Assembly (NCBI GenBank): GCA_963780225.1
Contig: CAWAAX010000011.1
Coordinates: forward strand, 64,001-128,000
DNA length: 64,000 bases
DNA from: an uncultured bacterium
GTDB lineage: Bacteria > Edwardsbacteria > AC1 > EtOH8
Reading direction: 5' to 3'
Positions 38,899 to 49,434 of this stretch are shown piece after piece. Made by a program: the position numbers and the translations under genes. The notes beneath the pieces are model-generated. The model was not told the origin of the DNA. It ran no database searches and was given only the letters and a program-made list of their open reading frames with translations. Numbering within the stretch: position 1 is the stretch's first letter; every line of letters starts with the position of its first letter.

Positions 38899-40656
38899 TC
38901 ACTTTATGAAACCCAGGCTCTTAGCCCTTTGCACATCCTGCTCAGCTCGCCTGCGGTCGCCCAGCAGGTAATAGGTATATCCCCGGTAATAATAAGCCTC
39001 TCCGTATCCGGGATCAAGTTCTATCGCCTGGCTGAAATCGGCAATGGCCAAAAGATAATTCTTCATTTGCCCGTAGGTAGTGGCCCGGTTGTAATAGAAC
39101 ACCGGATCATTAGGCGATAAGGCTATGGCTTTGGATAGGTCTGACAGCGCTGATTCAAATTGTTTTTTTATTCCGTAGGCATTGCCCCGGTTGCTGTAGG
39201 CCTTGGCATAGGCCGGATCAAGTGCTATAGCCCGGGAGCAATCTTCTATGGCCTCGTCGGGCCGGTTTAATTTGAGATATGTGCAACTTCTGTTGTACCA
39301 GGCAGCAATGTTGGCAGGATCTATGGCCACCGCCCTGGAAAAATCATCCTCCGCTTCCTGATCCCGGCCCATTATGTCAAAAGCGTTGCCCCGATGGTTA
39401 TGGGCGAAGGAATTGGCTCCGGGACATTTCTTTATGGCATCGCTCCAAACTGCTATGCTGTCACGCCAGACAAAACAGCGCTTGTACGCGGCAATGCTTT
39501 CTGCCGAAGTAATCAGGACCAGGAGAATCGCGGCAACGGCCATGACCTGCCGGGTTCCGCCCCGGAACATCTTATACAGATACGACCCGGCGAGGAAGAA
39601 CAGGCCCAAAGAGGCAAAATAAGAATATCGTTCGGCCGCGGCAAACCCGCCTACCGGAACTATCTGCAGCACCGGCAGAATGGTTATCAGGTAAAATGCT
39701 CCCCCGAAGAAGACCGTCTTATTTCTGCGCCCCCATGTTAAAAGAACAGCAACCATTAGAACGCTGGCGATCGAAGCCAGGTAAAAGGTCCAGGGCAGGG
39801 GTGTTCCGGGATAGGGATGAAAGGCCGAAAGCCGGAAGGGAGCAATTAGTTTTATGATATAGAAAACGAAACCGTAACCGGCCGTCAGTAAATTGGCGAT
39901 CAAAGGCCGGCTGGCCTGGATGAACTGGCTTTGTCCCTGGACGTAATATGAGATCACTCCGAATACTATTGCCAGGACCGCATACGGAGCTTTCTCCAGC
40001 CAGGATCTTCGGTTGAACGGTTTGTCAAGAAAGTGGTCAGCCAGGAACAGGACCGGGACCAGGGCCACCGCCATGCCCTTGGAGAAACAGGCCAGCTGGA
40101 ACAAGAGCAGTGAAGCGGCATAATCTGCGGTCTTTTCCCGGTGCTTGTACCGAAGGTACATTATCAGGGAAAGAAGGGCAAAGAAGGTGTATATCAGGTC
40201 CTTCTGGGAGGCGGCCCAGGCCACTGATTCCACCCGCAAGGGATGGACGGCCCATAAGACCGCGATGATCCCGGCTGTCCAGCCGTTCTTCAGCAGCAAG
40301 TAAAAGAGCGCGAAGACCAGAAAAGCATTCAGCAGGTGCAGGATGATGCCGGTTATGTGGTAGACCTTAGGGTCGGGACCGTTGACCTTATATTCCAAAG
40401 CGTAAGCCAAGAGAACCAGCGGGTAATAATTGCCTTCGTACCCTGAGCTGAACCAGCTTTTTATATTGGCCGGTGAAATGTCCCGGATCAGGCTGTTTTC
40501 AACAATGTAGCTGTTGTCGTCGAGATTTATGAACCCATTGTTTAGACAGGGCGAGAAAACCGCCAGCACCAGCAAGGCCAGCGCCGCCAGGACGAGGATC
40601 AAATGGCTTTTCTTAAAAACCGGAACCTGTGAGAATATTTGCTTGTCATCATTCAT
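38899..40656 (-). CDS. multi-pass membrane protein with TPR repeats (TMTC/GT-C-like)
   Basis: LDD..YI..N, HPL.VESVAW, ERY.Y, C-terminal TPRs. Confidence 0.85.
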   Translation of the reverse strand: MNDDKQIFSQVPVFKKSHLILVLAALALLVLAVFSPCLNNGFINLDDNSYIVENSLIRDISPANIKSWFSSGYEGNYYPLVLLAYALEYKVNGPDPKVYHITGIILHLLNAFLVFALFYLLLKNGWTAGIIAVLWAVHPLRVESVAWAASQKDLIYTFFALLSLIMYLRYKHREKTADYAASLLLFQLACFSKGMAVALVPVLFLADHFLDKPFNRRSWLEKAPYAVLAIVFGVISYYVQGQSQFIQASRPLIANLLTAGYGFVFYIIKLIAPFRLSAFHPYPGTPLPWTFYLASIASVLMVAVLLTWGRRNKTVFFGGAFYLITILPVLQIVPVGGFAAAERYSYFASLGLFFLAGSYLYKMFRGGTRQVMAVAAILLVLITSAESIAAYKRCFVWRDSIAVWSDAIKKCPGANSFAHNHRGNAFDIMGRDQEAEDDFSRAVAIDPANIAAWYNRSCTYLKLNRPDEAIEDCSRAIALDPAYAKAYSNRGNAYGIKKQFESALSDLSKAIALSPNDPVFYYNRATTYGQMKNYLLAIADFSQAIELDPGYGEAYYYRGYTYYLLGDRRRAEQDVQRAKSLGFIK

Positions 40657-40808
40657 ATTTTAGCCACAGAGCAATGCACTGAGCGTTGTACAGTGCAAGC
40701 CGAAGTGTTTATCGAAGTGACGCAGAGACACTGAGAATATATTTAAAACTCCCTCCCCGCATCGGGGAGTGCGTTACTTCCCCTTCCCTTGCGGGGAAGG
40801 GGTTGGGG

Positions 40809-41675
40809 TTAGGTCGCCGCCTTCACCGTGTTCTTCAGCAGCATGGCCCGGGTCATCGGGCCCACCCCGCCCGGCACCGGCGTGATGTACGAGGCGACCT
40901 TGGAGGCCGACTCAAAATCCACGTCCCCGGTCAGTCTTACCCCGCTCTTCTTGCTGAGGTCGGTGACCTGGTTGACGCCCACATCCACCACCACACAGTT
41001 GTTGTTGAGCATGCTGCCGGTGATCATCCCCGGGCTGCCGGCCGCCGCGATCACGATGTCGGCCTGCTTGGTGTAGTAGGGCAGCCCCTTGGTGCCGGTA
41101 TGGCAGACGGTGACGGTGGCGTTGCCGTGCTTGGCCTTCTGCAGCAGCATGTTGGCCAGGGGCTTGCCCACTATGTTGGACCGCCCCACGATCACGATGT
41201 ACTTTCCCGAGATCTCGATCCCGGTGCGGACCAGCAGTTCTATCACCCCGGCCGGGGTGCAGGGCAAAAAGCGCGGCCGCCCCAAAGTCATCAGCCCCAC
41301 GTTCTCGGGATGGAAACAGTCCACATCCTTTAACGGGGATATGGACTGGAAGGCCTGTTCTTCGGACAAGCCCTTGGGCAGCGGCGACTGCACCAGGATG
41401 CCGTGGACGGTCTTGTCCTGGTTGAGTTCTTTGATCTTGTCCAGCAGCTGCGCCTGGGTGGTGTCCGCCGGCAGTTCGATGACCGAGGAGCGGATGCCCA
41501 CCTCTTCGCAGTCCTGGTGCTTGTTGCGGACATAGACCTGCGAGGCTGGGTCGCTGCCCACGATTATCACCGCCAGGTGGGGTTCTGTCCCCCGTCCCTT
41601 GAGGGCTGATACCTCGGCCTTGACTTCCTGGCGGATGTCCGCCGCTATTTTTTTACCGTCGATGATGGTGGCCAT
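40809..41675 (-). CDS. folD: methylenetetrahydrofolate dehydrogenase/cyclohydrolase
   Basis: IDGK, YVRNK, KDVD.FHP, PCTP.G, GRSNIVGKP, TPVPGGVGPMT. Confidence 0.98.
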   Translation of the reverse strand: MATIIDGKKIAADIRQEVKAEVSALKGRGTEPHLAVIIVGSDPASQVYVRNKHQDCEEVGIRSSVIELPADTTQAQLLDKIKELNQDKTVHGILVQSPLPKGLSEEQAFQSISPLKDVDCFHPENVGLMTLGRPRFLPCTPAGVIELLVRTGIEISGKYIVIVGRSNIVGKPLANMLLQKAKHGNATVTVCHTGTKGLPYYTKQADIVIAAAGSPGMITGSMLNNNCVVVDVGVNQVTDLSKKSGVRLTGDVDFESASKVASYITPVPGGVGPMTRAMLLKNTVKAAT

Positions 41676-41910
41676 AATATCTTGCTTCTAATTGCTTTTC
41701 ACCTTCGTTTTAGGCCGCACCAGCGGTCTTGATGATTTCTAGCGATAGTCTTCTTTATCCGCCGAAGCCTTGGCAAAGGAGGAAGGCTATCGCAAACAAA
41801 ATGGCATTACAAATATATGTTCCCCCGGTTTCAGTGATACCGTGAACGATATCGCTATTTCTCATCAAGGCTTGCTAAAGCAAGCCTGCCAATGGTTATC
41901 TGTAGTTATG

Positions 41911-41951
41911 TTCCTTGCGGATGTCCGCCGCTATTTTTTTACCGTCGATGA
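41911..41951 (-). repeat. 41-bp duplicate of the folD 5' coding region
   Basis: Matches 41625-41665 with one mismatch. Confidence 0.9.
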
Positions 41952-41959
41952 ATTTGGGC

Positions 41960-42340
41960 CTAATTAATCACCTGCGCTATTTTTTGAGACGTCGAGTGGA
42001 ACCGACGCCTTTCCATACTTTTAGCAGTTACAGAACCACATTTTGAACGTTTGTACTCCGATAAACTCGATATTTTTTTGCAAGAAAATAATGGGATGTC
42101 TGGCAAATTGTTGGGATAGATCGGTAACCAGTGACCAAGTATTATATTGCTATAATAATCGCGATGCATACTTATCTTTACTTTTTAAATGTGAATTAAT
42201 TCAGCCTTGGGGAAAGGACTCCGCCACATGCTTTGCTGTAACAAGATAATCATTGTTTTCATATTTAACGATAAAACATGTGCCACCAATCACACGTAGT
42301 GGTATTGATTTGGCAAGAAAACCGACAGCTTAAGTCTCTA
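41960..42340 (-). pseudogene. degraded trypsin-like serine peptidase fragment
   Basis: Reverse strand reads *AVGFLAKSIPLRVIGGTCFIVKYENNDYLVTAKHVAESFPQG*; AT-rich; boundaries approximate. Confidence 0.6.
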
Positions 42341-42470
42341 TCGAAACTTAGCAATCGAACGCAGACAAGAAAGTAGAATAAATGTTTGGCTAATAAAACA
42401 TTCTTATATAAAACTGTTTAACTCACACTTGCCATGTATTAAGGATTTGTAAGTATTTCCTTTAGAAGCA

Positions 42471-43251
42471 TTATACGGGTTGATAAATACGTTCTACCTT
42501 TCTCGCCTTTCCCGCTCTTCTCATCCACCTCCACCACCACCCCGCTGAACCTCACGTCCCCCTCGGCCGGCGCGAACTTGGCCGGCATCTGGTCCAGAAA
42601 GCGCTTGATGATCCCTTCCTTCTCCATCCCTATCACGCCTTCAAAGCCCCCGCACATCCCGGCGTCGGTGATGTAGGCCGTGCCCAAAGGAAGAATGCGC
42701 TCGTCGGCCGTCATCACGTGGGTGTGGGTGCCGATGACCGCGGACACCCGGCCGTCCAGATACCAGCCCATGGCGATCTTCTCGGAAGTGGCCTCGGCGT
42801 GCATGTCCACGATTATGATGTCGGTTTCCTTCTTCATCTCCTTCAGCGCCTTGTCCGCCGCCTTAAAGGGACAGTCTGTGGTGGACAGGAACACCCGGCC
42901 CAAAAGATTGAGCACTCCTACTTTTGCGCCGTTCTCCGCCTTGTAAACACCGTAAGGGAAACCCACCGACTCTTCGGGATAATTGGCCGGCCTTAGGATG
43001 CGCTTTTCGCTGGAGAGAAATGGAATGATCTCCTTCTTGTCCCACAGGTGGTTGCCGGTGGTCAGCGCGTCTATGCCCAGGGCAAAAAGCTCCTTGGCCA
43101 CGGTTACGGTCAGCCCGAAGCCGGCCGCCGCGTTCTCGCCGTTGGCCACCACGAAGTCCACCCCGTGCTCCTTGACGATCTCCGGCATGATGTGCCTGAC
43201 CGCGCTCCGCCCCGGGCTCCCGATGATGTCGCCTATAAACAGTATCTTCAT
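42471..43251 (-). CDS. ymdB: TIGR00282/YmdB metallophosphoesterase (probable frameshift near 3' end)
   Basis: GDIIGSPGR, NGENAA.G, GNH.WD, HAEATSEK, GTHTHV. Removing one A gives the natural ending SGKARKVERIYQPV*. Confidence 0.93.
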
Positions 43252-43351
43252 ATTTTCCCAAGCTGTCAGCTGTAGGCTATATGCTTCAAGCCGATCTTTG
43301 TGCTTTTGCTCAACAGCTTATAGCTTAAGGCTTATAGCATATAGCTATAAG

Positions 43352-44914
43352 TTATTTGGCGTATCCCACTCCGCGGGTCTCGCGGATGACGGTGACCTTG
43401 ATCTGCCCCGGGTACTGCAGCGACTGCTCTATCTTGTGGGCGATCTCCCCGGCCATTTCGGTCACCCGGTTGTCGTTGACATCCTCGGGGATCACCATGA
43501 TCCGCACCTCGCGCCCGGCCTGGATGGCGTAGGCCTTGCTGATGCCCTTGAAGGAATAGGCCACTTCCTCCAGTTTCTCCAGCCGCTTGACGTAGGCCTC
43601 CAGCGATTCCCTTCTGGCCCCGGGCCTGGCGCCGGAGATGGCGTCGGCGGCCGCGATCAGCACCGAGTACAGCGAGGTGGCCTCGATGTCCTCGTGGTGG
43701 GCCCCGATGGCATTGATGACCAGAGCCGATTCACCGTAGCGCTTGGCCAGGTCCATCCCGATCTGGGTGTGGGTGCCCTCGATGTTATGGTCCACAGATT
43801 TGCCGATGTCATGCAGCAGGCCGCAGCGCTTGGCTATGGACTGGTCCAGCTCCAGTTCCCCGGCCATCACGCTGGCCAAAAAGGCCACTTCCTTGGAATG
43901 CTGCAGTACGTTCTGCCCGTAGCTGGTGCGGTATTTCAGGCGACCCAAAAGCACCATCAGCTCGGGGTGCAGGCCGGCCACTCCGACCTCCAATGCCAGA
44001 CCCTCACCAGCCTCCCGGATGCTGCGGTCCACTTCCTGTTTGGCCTTCTCGATCACTTCCTCTATCCGGGCCGGCTGGATCCGGCCGTCGGAGATCAGTT
44101 TCTCCATGCCGATCCGGGCTATTTCCCGGCGCACCGGGTCAAAGCCCGAGATCACGATGGCCTCAGGAGTGTCGTCTATCAGCACCTCCACCCCGGTGGC
44201 GGCCTCAAAGGCTCTGATGTTGCGGCCTTCCCGGCCTATGATCCGGCCCTTCATCTCGTCCGAGGCCAGGGGCACCACGCTGACCGTGGTCTCGGCGGTG
44301 TGCTCGCCGGAGTAACGCTGGATGGCCAGCCCGATTATCTGCTTGGCCTCCTTCTCGGCGTTGTCCCGGGCCTCGTCCCGGATGGTCTTGATCAGCTGGG
44401 CCGCCTCGTGCCGGGCCTGGGTCTCCAGGTTCTGCATCAGCTGCTTCTTGGCCTCCTCCTGGGTCAGGCCGGCGATCTGCTCCAGCTTGGCGTTCTGCTC
44501 GTCGATCATGGTGGTCAGCCGCTCGTCCTTGGCCCGGATCACCCGCTCCTTGGCCACCAGGTCCCGCTCCCGGATCTCCACTTCCTTTTCCTTGCGGCTG
44601 ATGATGTCCACCTTGCGGTCGTTCTGCTTTTCCTTTTCCAGGATCCGGTTCTCGGCTTCCTTCAGCTCGTGGCGCTTGCCCTGGGTCTCTTTTTCAAAGT
44701 TGTTCTTAAGCTTGTACCATTCTTCCTTGGCCGAAACCTGGGCCTCCTTTTTGTAAGTGGCCGCCTCCCGCTGGGCCTCGTTGATCATCTTCTCGGCCAG
44801 CTTCTGGGCGTCACCGATCCTGGCTTCCCCCATTTTCTTGTGCAACAGGTATCCAAAGAAGAACCCCAGCCCCAGACATACCAGCGATATCGCTATCCAC
44901 AGTGCTATCAGCAT
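43352..44914 (-). CDS. rny: ribonuclease Y
   Basis: N-terminal TM, coiled coil, KH domain (KGRIIGREGRNIR), HD domain (LLHDIGK). Confidence 0.98.
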   Translation of the reverse strand: MLIALWIAISLVCLGLGFFFGYLLHKKMGEARIGDAQKLAEKMINEAQREAATYKKEAQVSAKEEWYKLKNNFEKETQGKRHELKEAENRILEKEKQNDRKVDIISRKEKEVEIRERDLVAKERVIRAKDERLTTMIDEQNAKLEQIAGLTQEEAKKQLMQNLETQARHEAAQLIKTIRDEARDNAEKEAKQIIGLAIQRYSGEHTAETTVSVVPLASDEMKGRIIGREGRNIRAFEAATGVEVLIDDTPEAIVISGFDPVRREIARIGMEKLISDGRIQPARIEEVIEKAKQEVDRSIREAGEGLALEVGVAGLHPELMVLLGRLKYRTSYGQNVLQHSKEVAFLASVMAGELELDQSIAKRCGLLHDIGKSVDHNIEGTHTQIGMDLAKRYGESALVINAIGAHHEDIEATSLYSVLIAAADAISGARPGARRESLEAYVKRLEKLEEVAYSFKGISKAYAIQAGREVRIMVIPEDVNDNRVTEMAGEIAHKIEQSLQYPGQIKVTVIRETRGVGYAK

Positions 44915-45147
44915 TTTTCCCTTTCCTTTTCATGTTGCCCGGCCTTGATCTGATCCGGGTCGGTCAATAACTTGGTAATGATTTTGTTTTGGGTTAAGAT
45001 TTCGAAGGACACTTTTACCACGGAAACACGGAAGAAAGAAATCTACGAACCTTAATGCCTTAACCTTTGATTTATTTTAGTTCCGTGTTTTCCAGCGTTC
45101 GGTGTTTCTGTGGTAGGTTCCCGCCTTTCAATGGTCCGGAAATAAAA

Positions 45148-45329
45148 ATTCCCCGCCTGTGCCGGTCGAAAGGACATTTTGAACCTATTCAAAAAATGGT
45201 GCCGCCTCAGACGGTTAAGGCTTCCCCCCAGTTAAGGGAGGCATGCACACCGCGCCCGAAGGTTTAGGCCCTAAATGAACAGGTGTTGGCTCAAAAATAA
45301 TCCGATCGATACGGACACCGCAGGGAAAT
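45148..45329 (-). ncRNA. ssrS: 6S RNA
   Basis: About 182 nt with complementary ends (ttccctgcggtgtccg / cggcacaggcggggaa) and the gagccaacac motif; lies in the typical zapA-6S-rny position. Confidence 0.88.
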
Positions 45330-45383
45330 AAAGAACTAATAATATACCAAAAACCGGGAGGCGTTTCATCCTCCGCTTCGGCT

Positions 45384-45412
45384 AATATAACACCGTGAAG
45401 ATAAAAATGCAA
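45384..45412 (-). promoter_or_regulatory. sigma70-type promoter upstream of 6S RNA
   Basis: TTGCAT-17-TATATT. Confidence 0.5.
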
Positions 45413-45427
45413 GAGGGAAGTGAAAAA

Positions 45428-45709
45428 TTATTCCTGTCCGTTTTCCTCTGCCTGCTTCAGGCGTTCCGACAGCTTGTCCATGGCCGATTCCCGGGCCAGG
45501 CGCTCCTTTAAAAGCTCGTCGGCTATGTTGACTGCCGCCAAAATGGCGATCTTGGCCACCGAGCCGGTCATTGAAGCCTCGGCTATCTGCCGCATCCGTT
45601 CGTCCACCAGCCCGGCCACCTGCTTGATGTAGTCGCCGTTGGCGTCGCCCTTGATGCGGTATTCGGTGCCAAAGATCTCCACTTTGATCCCGTTTTTGGA
45701 TACGGTCAT
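45428..45709 (-). CDS. zapA: cell division protein ZapA
   Basis: VEIFG.EY.I, VDERM, AILAAVNIADEL. Confidence 0.95.
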   Translation of the reverse strand: MTVSKNGIKVEIFGTEYRIKGDANGDYIKQVAGLVDERMRQIAEASMTGSVAKIAILAAVNIADELLKERLARESAMDKLSERLKQAEENGQE

Positions 45710-45769
45710 GTTACCTTATATTTTGGTTGTTCTTTTCAGACCCTGCGGGTTATGGTCCCCAGTCTAAAA

Positions 45770-46045
45770 CTAGTCCTTGAGTTTTTCCAGTTTGTTTATG
45801 ATCTCCGTCAGACGCTTCTTGGCCTCATCCTGGGATTGCTGCAGTTTCTGGTTCTCATCCTCCAGATTGGTCTGCTGCTTTTTTTCGTCCTCGATGGTTT
45901 TCAATCTCTTGGTCAGGTGGTCTATCTTGTCCTTAAGATCCTGGTTGTCCTTTTCCAGTTTCTCCTTCTGGTTCTTTAATTCGGTGATCTTGTCCACCGC
46001 CCGGTTTATCCGTTCCTCCAATATCGCTAAGGGGTCTCCGCTCAT
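45770..46045 (-). CDS. zapB: ZapB-like coiled-coil protein
   Basis: Heptad repeats (LEERINRAVDKITELK); sits between pheT and zapA. Confidence 0.75.
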   Translation of the reverse strand: MSGDPLAILEERINRAVDKITELKNQKEKLEKDNQDLKDKIDHLTKRLKTIEDEKKQQTNLEDENQKLQQSQDEAKKRLTEIINKLEKLKD

Positions 46046-46113
46046 ATTGGTGTCCTCGCTTTTGAATTATATATTAAAAACCTGTTGGGGTATTTCAGAG
46101 TTACGAATCACTG

Positions 46114-46197
46114 TGACCGGTGGTTGAGTGCCCCGCCTGGCTTCGATAATGCCTTTGGCCACTCAGCCGACGGCGGGGCGTATCGAAACCACCGTCA
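46114..46197. repeat. nested REP-like palindrome (TTCGATAC...ACTCA family)
   Basis: Outer arms are the reverse complement of the element at 51299-51430. Confidence 0.8.
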
Positions 46198-46208
46198 GTC
46201 CCCGGCTA

Positions 46209-48271
46209 TTACCGGATCCCGGCCCCGAATTTGTCCTTGAGCGCTGTGACTATCTCCTGGTGCACCTGATTGACCTCGGCGTCGGTCAGGGTCCGCTCGG
46301 GATGGCGGTAGACCAGCGAGAAGGCCAGGCTCTTTTGGCCCTTTCCCACCTGGTCCCCGGCATAAAGATCAAACAGTTCGGCTCGCTCTAATGTGGCCCC
46401 GCCGGTTTTTGTGATGGCGTCCAAAATCTCCCGGCTGGTGACCAGCTGGGGCACCATGATGGCCAGGTCCCGCTTGACCCCCGGGAATTTGGGGATCTCG
46501 GAGAACTGGGAGACGGCCCCTTCCATCAGTTTAAGGATGAGCTCCAGCTCCAGCTCCGAACAGTAGATCTTTTCCTTGATGTCCCATGCCTTGAGAACGG
46601 AAGCGTCCAGCTCTCCGGCCCAACCGATGACCGCCCCGTCCAGCAGCAATTCCAGGGAACGGCCGGGATGCAGGAATGGTTTGGGCGTTTTGAATTCAGA
46701 TGAATAGGAGATCCCCTTGATCTTCAGGGCCTCAAACAAGACCTCCAGGGCTCCCTTCAGGTCGAATAGATCAAAGCTTCCCGGCTTCCGGTCCCAGCTC
46801 TGGTTCTCTTTTTCCCCGCAGGCCAGCATCCCCAGCTTAAGCGATTCCGCCGGGGCCGGCTGGCCGGGGGCAAAGACTAGCCCGCACTCAAACAGCCTTA
46901 CCCGGTTCAGCCCGTTGTTCAAATTTCTCTGCCCCGCTTCCAAAAGCCCCGGCAGCAGCATCGGCCGCAATACGGAAAGGTCCGAGGAAAGGGGGTTGTC
47001 CAGTTCCACCATGTTGGCGCCCTGGGCCGATCCCAGCTTGGCGTAATGTGACGGGTCCATCAGGGGCAGGCCGTAGTGCTGGCAAAACCCCTGGGAGACC
47101 AGGGCGGTCACAATATTTTCCACGGCCGTTTCCCTGGGCCTTTGCACTCCCGGCACCGGCCAGGGGGTTATCCCCTCGGATGGCAGGTTATCGTAGCCGT
47201 ATATCCGGCCGATTTCCTCGATCAGGTCCGCTTCCCGGGTTAGGTCGGCCCTAAAGCTGGGAACCTGCACTTTTATTACGTTTCCGGAGATGTTTGACTT
47301 AAGCTCCAGCGCATTAAGGATCTCCGCCATTTTTTCAGGCTTGATATCCGCCCCCAAAAGGCTGCAGGCCTTCTCCGGCCTAAGTTTCAGCTCCCAGTCC
47401 GCCGGGAACTTTTTGGCCGAAACATCTATGATCCCTTTGGCGATCTGCCCCCCGGCAATCTCAGCCATCAGCCGGGCCGCCCGGTTAACCGCCTGTTCCA
47501 GGATGTTGGGATCGGCCCCCCGCTCAAAGCGGTAGGAGGCGTCGCTTTTCAAACCAAGGGTTTTGCTGCCCCGGCGGATCAGCGTCGGATCAAAGTAGGC
47601 GCTCTCCAGCAAAACATTTTTGGTGGTTGAAGAGATCTCGATTCCAGGCCGCCCATGATGCCGGCAATGGCCGCGGGACGATTGGAGTCGGCGATGACTA
47701 GGTATTCGGGAGTAAGCTTGCGCTCCGCGCCGTCCAGGGTGACCATGGTTTCGCCAGCTTTGGCCCGGCGCACAATGATCTTGTGTCCGGACAGCTTGTC
47801 CAGGTCAAAGGCGTGCAGGGGATGGCCGAACTCGTAGAGCGCCAGGTTGGTGATGTCGGCCACGTTGTTGATGGGCCGCAGGCCTATGCTCTCCAGTTTT
47901 TTCTTCAGCCATTCCGGCGATTCCGCCACCTTGACCCCGGTTATCACCCGGGCCAGATAGCGGGGACAGCCCTGTTTGTCCTCGACCTCTATTTTGGCCA
48001 AAGAGTTGACATCCTGCGGTCCTTCGCTTACCTGACATCCGGGGACGTTTATCTGTCCGCCATTAAGAGCCCGGATCTCCCTGGCCAGACCCAGGAACGA
48101 AAGGCAGTCGGGCCGGTTGGGGGTGATCTCCAGGTCCAGCTGGAAGTCCCCGGAGGGAAGCTCCTCGATCCCTTCGATCTCGACCCCGGCAAAGGTCAGC
48201 TTGCCGGCCAGTTCCTTGACGGACCAGTTGAAGTCTATGAATTCTTTAAGCCAGTTGTAGGAGATCTTCAT
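46209..48271 (-). CDS. pheT: phenylalanine--tRNA ligase beta subunit (one frameshift near 47638; lacks B2 domain)
   Basis: TPNRPDCLS, PLHAFD, ESAYF, RFERG, DLIEE.GRIYG, RDLA and RTLTD lie across two frames. Confidence 0.95.
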
Positions 48272-48286
48272 GGTGTTCTGTAAATG

Positions 48287-49394
48287 CTATGCTATGGGAA
48301 TTCCCGCTGGCTGGGCCCCGGCCAGGCTGACGCTCTCGTTGAATTCTCTGATTATGGCCTGGATGGTCTCTTTTACCGAGATGATGCAGTTGTTCCTGAA
48401 GGCATTGGCCCCGGCAAAGGCAAAGCCGTCCTTCATCAGCCCCTGCTGGGCGTTGATCAGGGCCAGGGCAATGCAGTAGGGCGTGTTCTTGAAGTCGCAG
48501 GTGATGATGCAGTGGTGCGGGCATTTGAAGGGTTTCTTCTCGCCCCCGGCTGACATCGTCCAGGAACTGGTTGCGGATGGCCCGGCCCGGCATCCCCACC
48601 GGGCTCTTGATTATCACCACGTCCTCCTTTTTGGAATCCAGGTAGGCCTGCTTGAATACTTCGGAGGCGTCGCATTCGTTGGTGGTCACGAACCGGGTGC
48701 CCATCTGCACGGCGTCGGCTCCCAGGTCAAAGGCCTCCCGGATGTCCTGCCCGGTATAGATGCCGCCCCCGGCGATCACCGGGATGGCTTTTTTATGTTT
48801 TTCCACGAAGGGTTTTAAGGCTGCTACCACTTCGGGGATCAGGTTCTTCAATGAATATTTCGGGTCGTCCAGATGCTCGGGCTTAAAGCCCAGGTGGCCC
48901 CCGGCCAGCGGACCTTCCACCACCACCGCATCCGGCAGGTAGTTGTACTTGTCAAACCATTTTTTGGCGATGATGGCCGCCGCCCGTCCCGAGGAAACGA
49001 TGGGCACCAGCTTGGTCTTGGAATCAGGAGTCAGAAATTTCGGCAGGTCAAAGGGCAGGCCGGCCCCGGAGAAGATTATGTCTATCTCTTCCTCTACCGA
49101 AGCCTTGGCCAGGTCGGCGTAATTGGAAAGGGCCACCATGATATTGACCCCCAGCACGCCCTGGGTCAGGCCCCTGGCCTTGCGGATCTCTTTTCTTAAG
49201 GCCCTTAGGTTGGCCTCCAGGTAATTGGTGGCAAAATCGGGTTCGTTCATCCCGATGCCGGCCGTGGCTATGGTTCCCACCCCGCCTTCGTTGGCCACCG
49301 CCGAGGCCAGCCCGGCCAGGGAGATCCCCACTCCCATCCCCCCCTGGACCAGGGGCAGTTTAACCTTCAGGTCCCCTATATGTATTGGTTTCAT
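48287..49394 (-). CDS. nitronate monooxygenase / FabK-like flavoprotein (one frameshift near 48545)
   Basis: QGGMGVGIS, SGAGLP, EGPLAGGHLG, QMGTRF, SPVGMPGRA, then C..C..YCI..AL in the next frame. Confidence 0.9.
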
Positions 49395-49434
49395 TTTACC
49401 CTCTTTGCTCCGGCACCTTAAGCCGGGGTTATTA

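Noticed and set aside
42983..44953. 656-aa plus-strand ORF, and similar long antisense ORFs (30084-31166, 57665-58786, 38212-39120)
   Set aside because: Shadows of well-supported genes on the opposite strand in GC-rich DNA; no recognisable motifs
46209..48271. pheT as a true pseudogene or programmed frameshift
   Set aside because: Essential gene, no slippery site, repaired by a single G; many similar indels occur in the window
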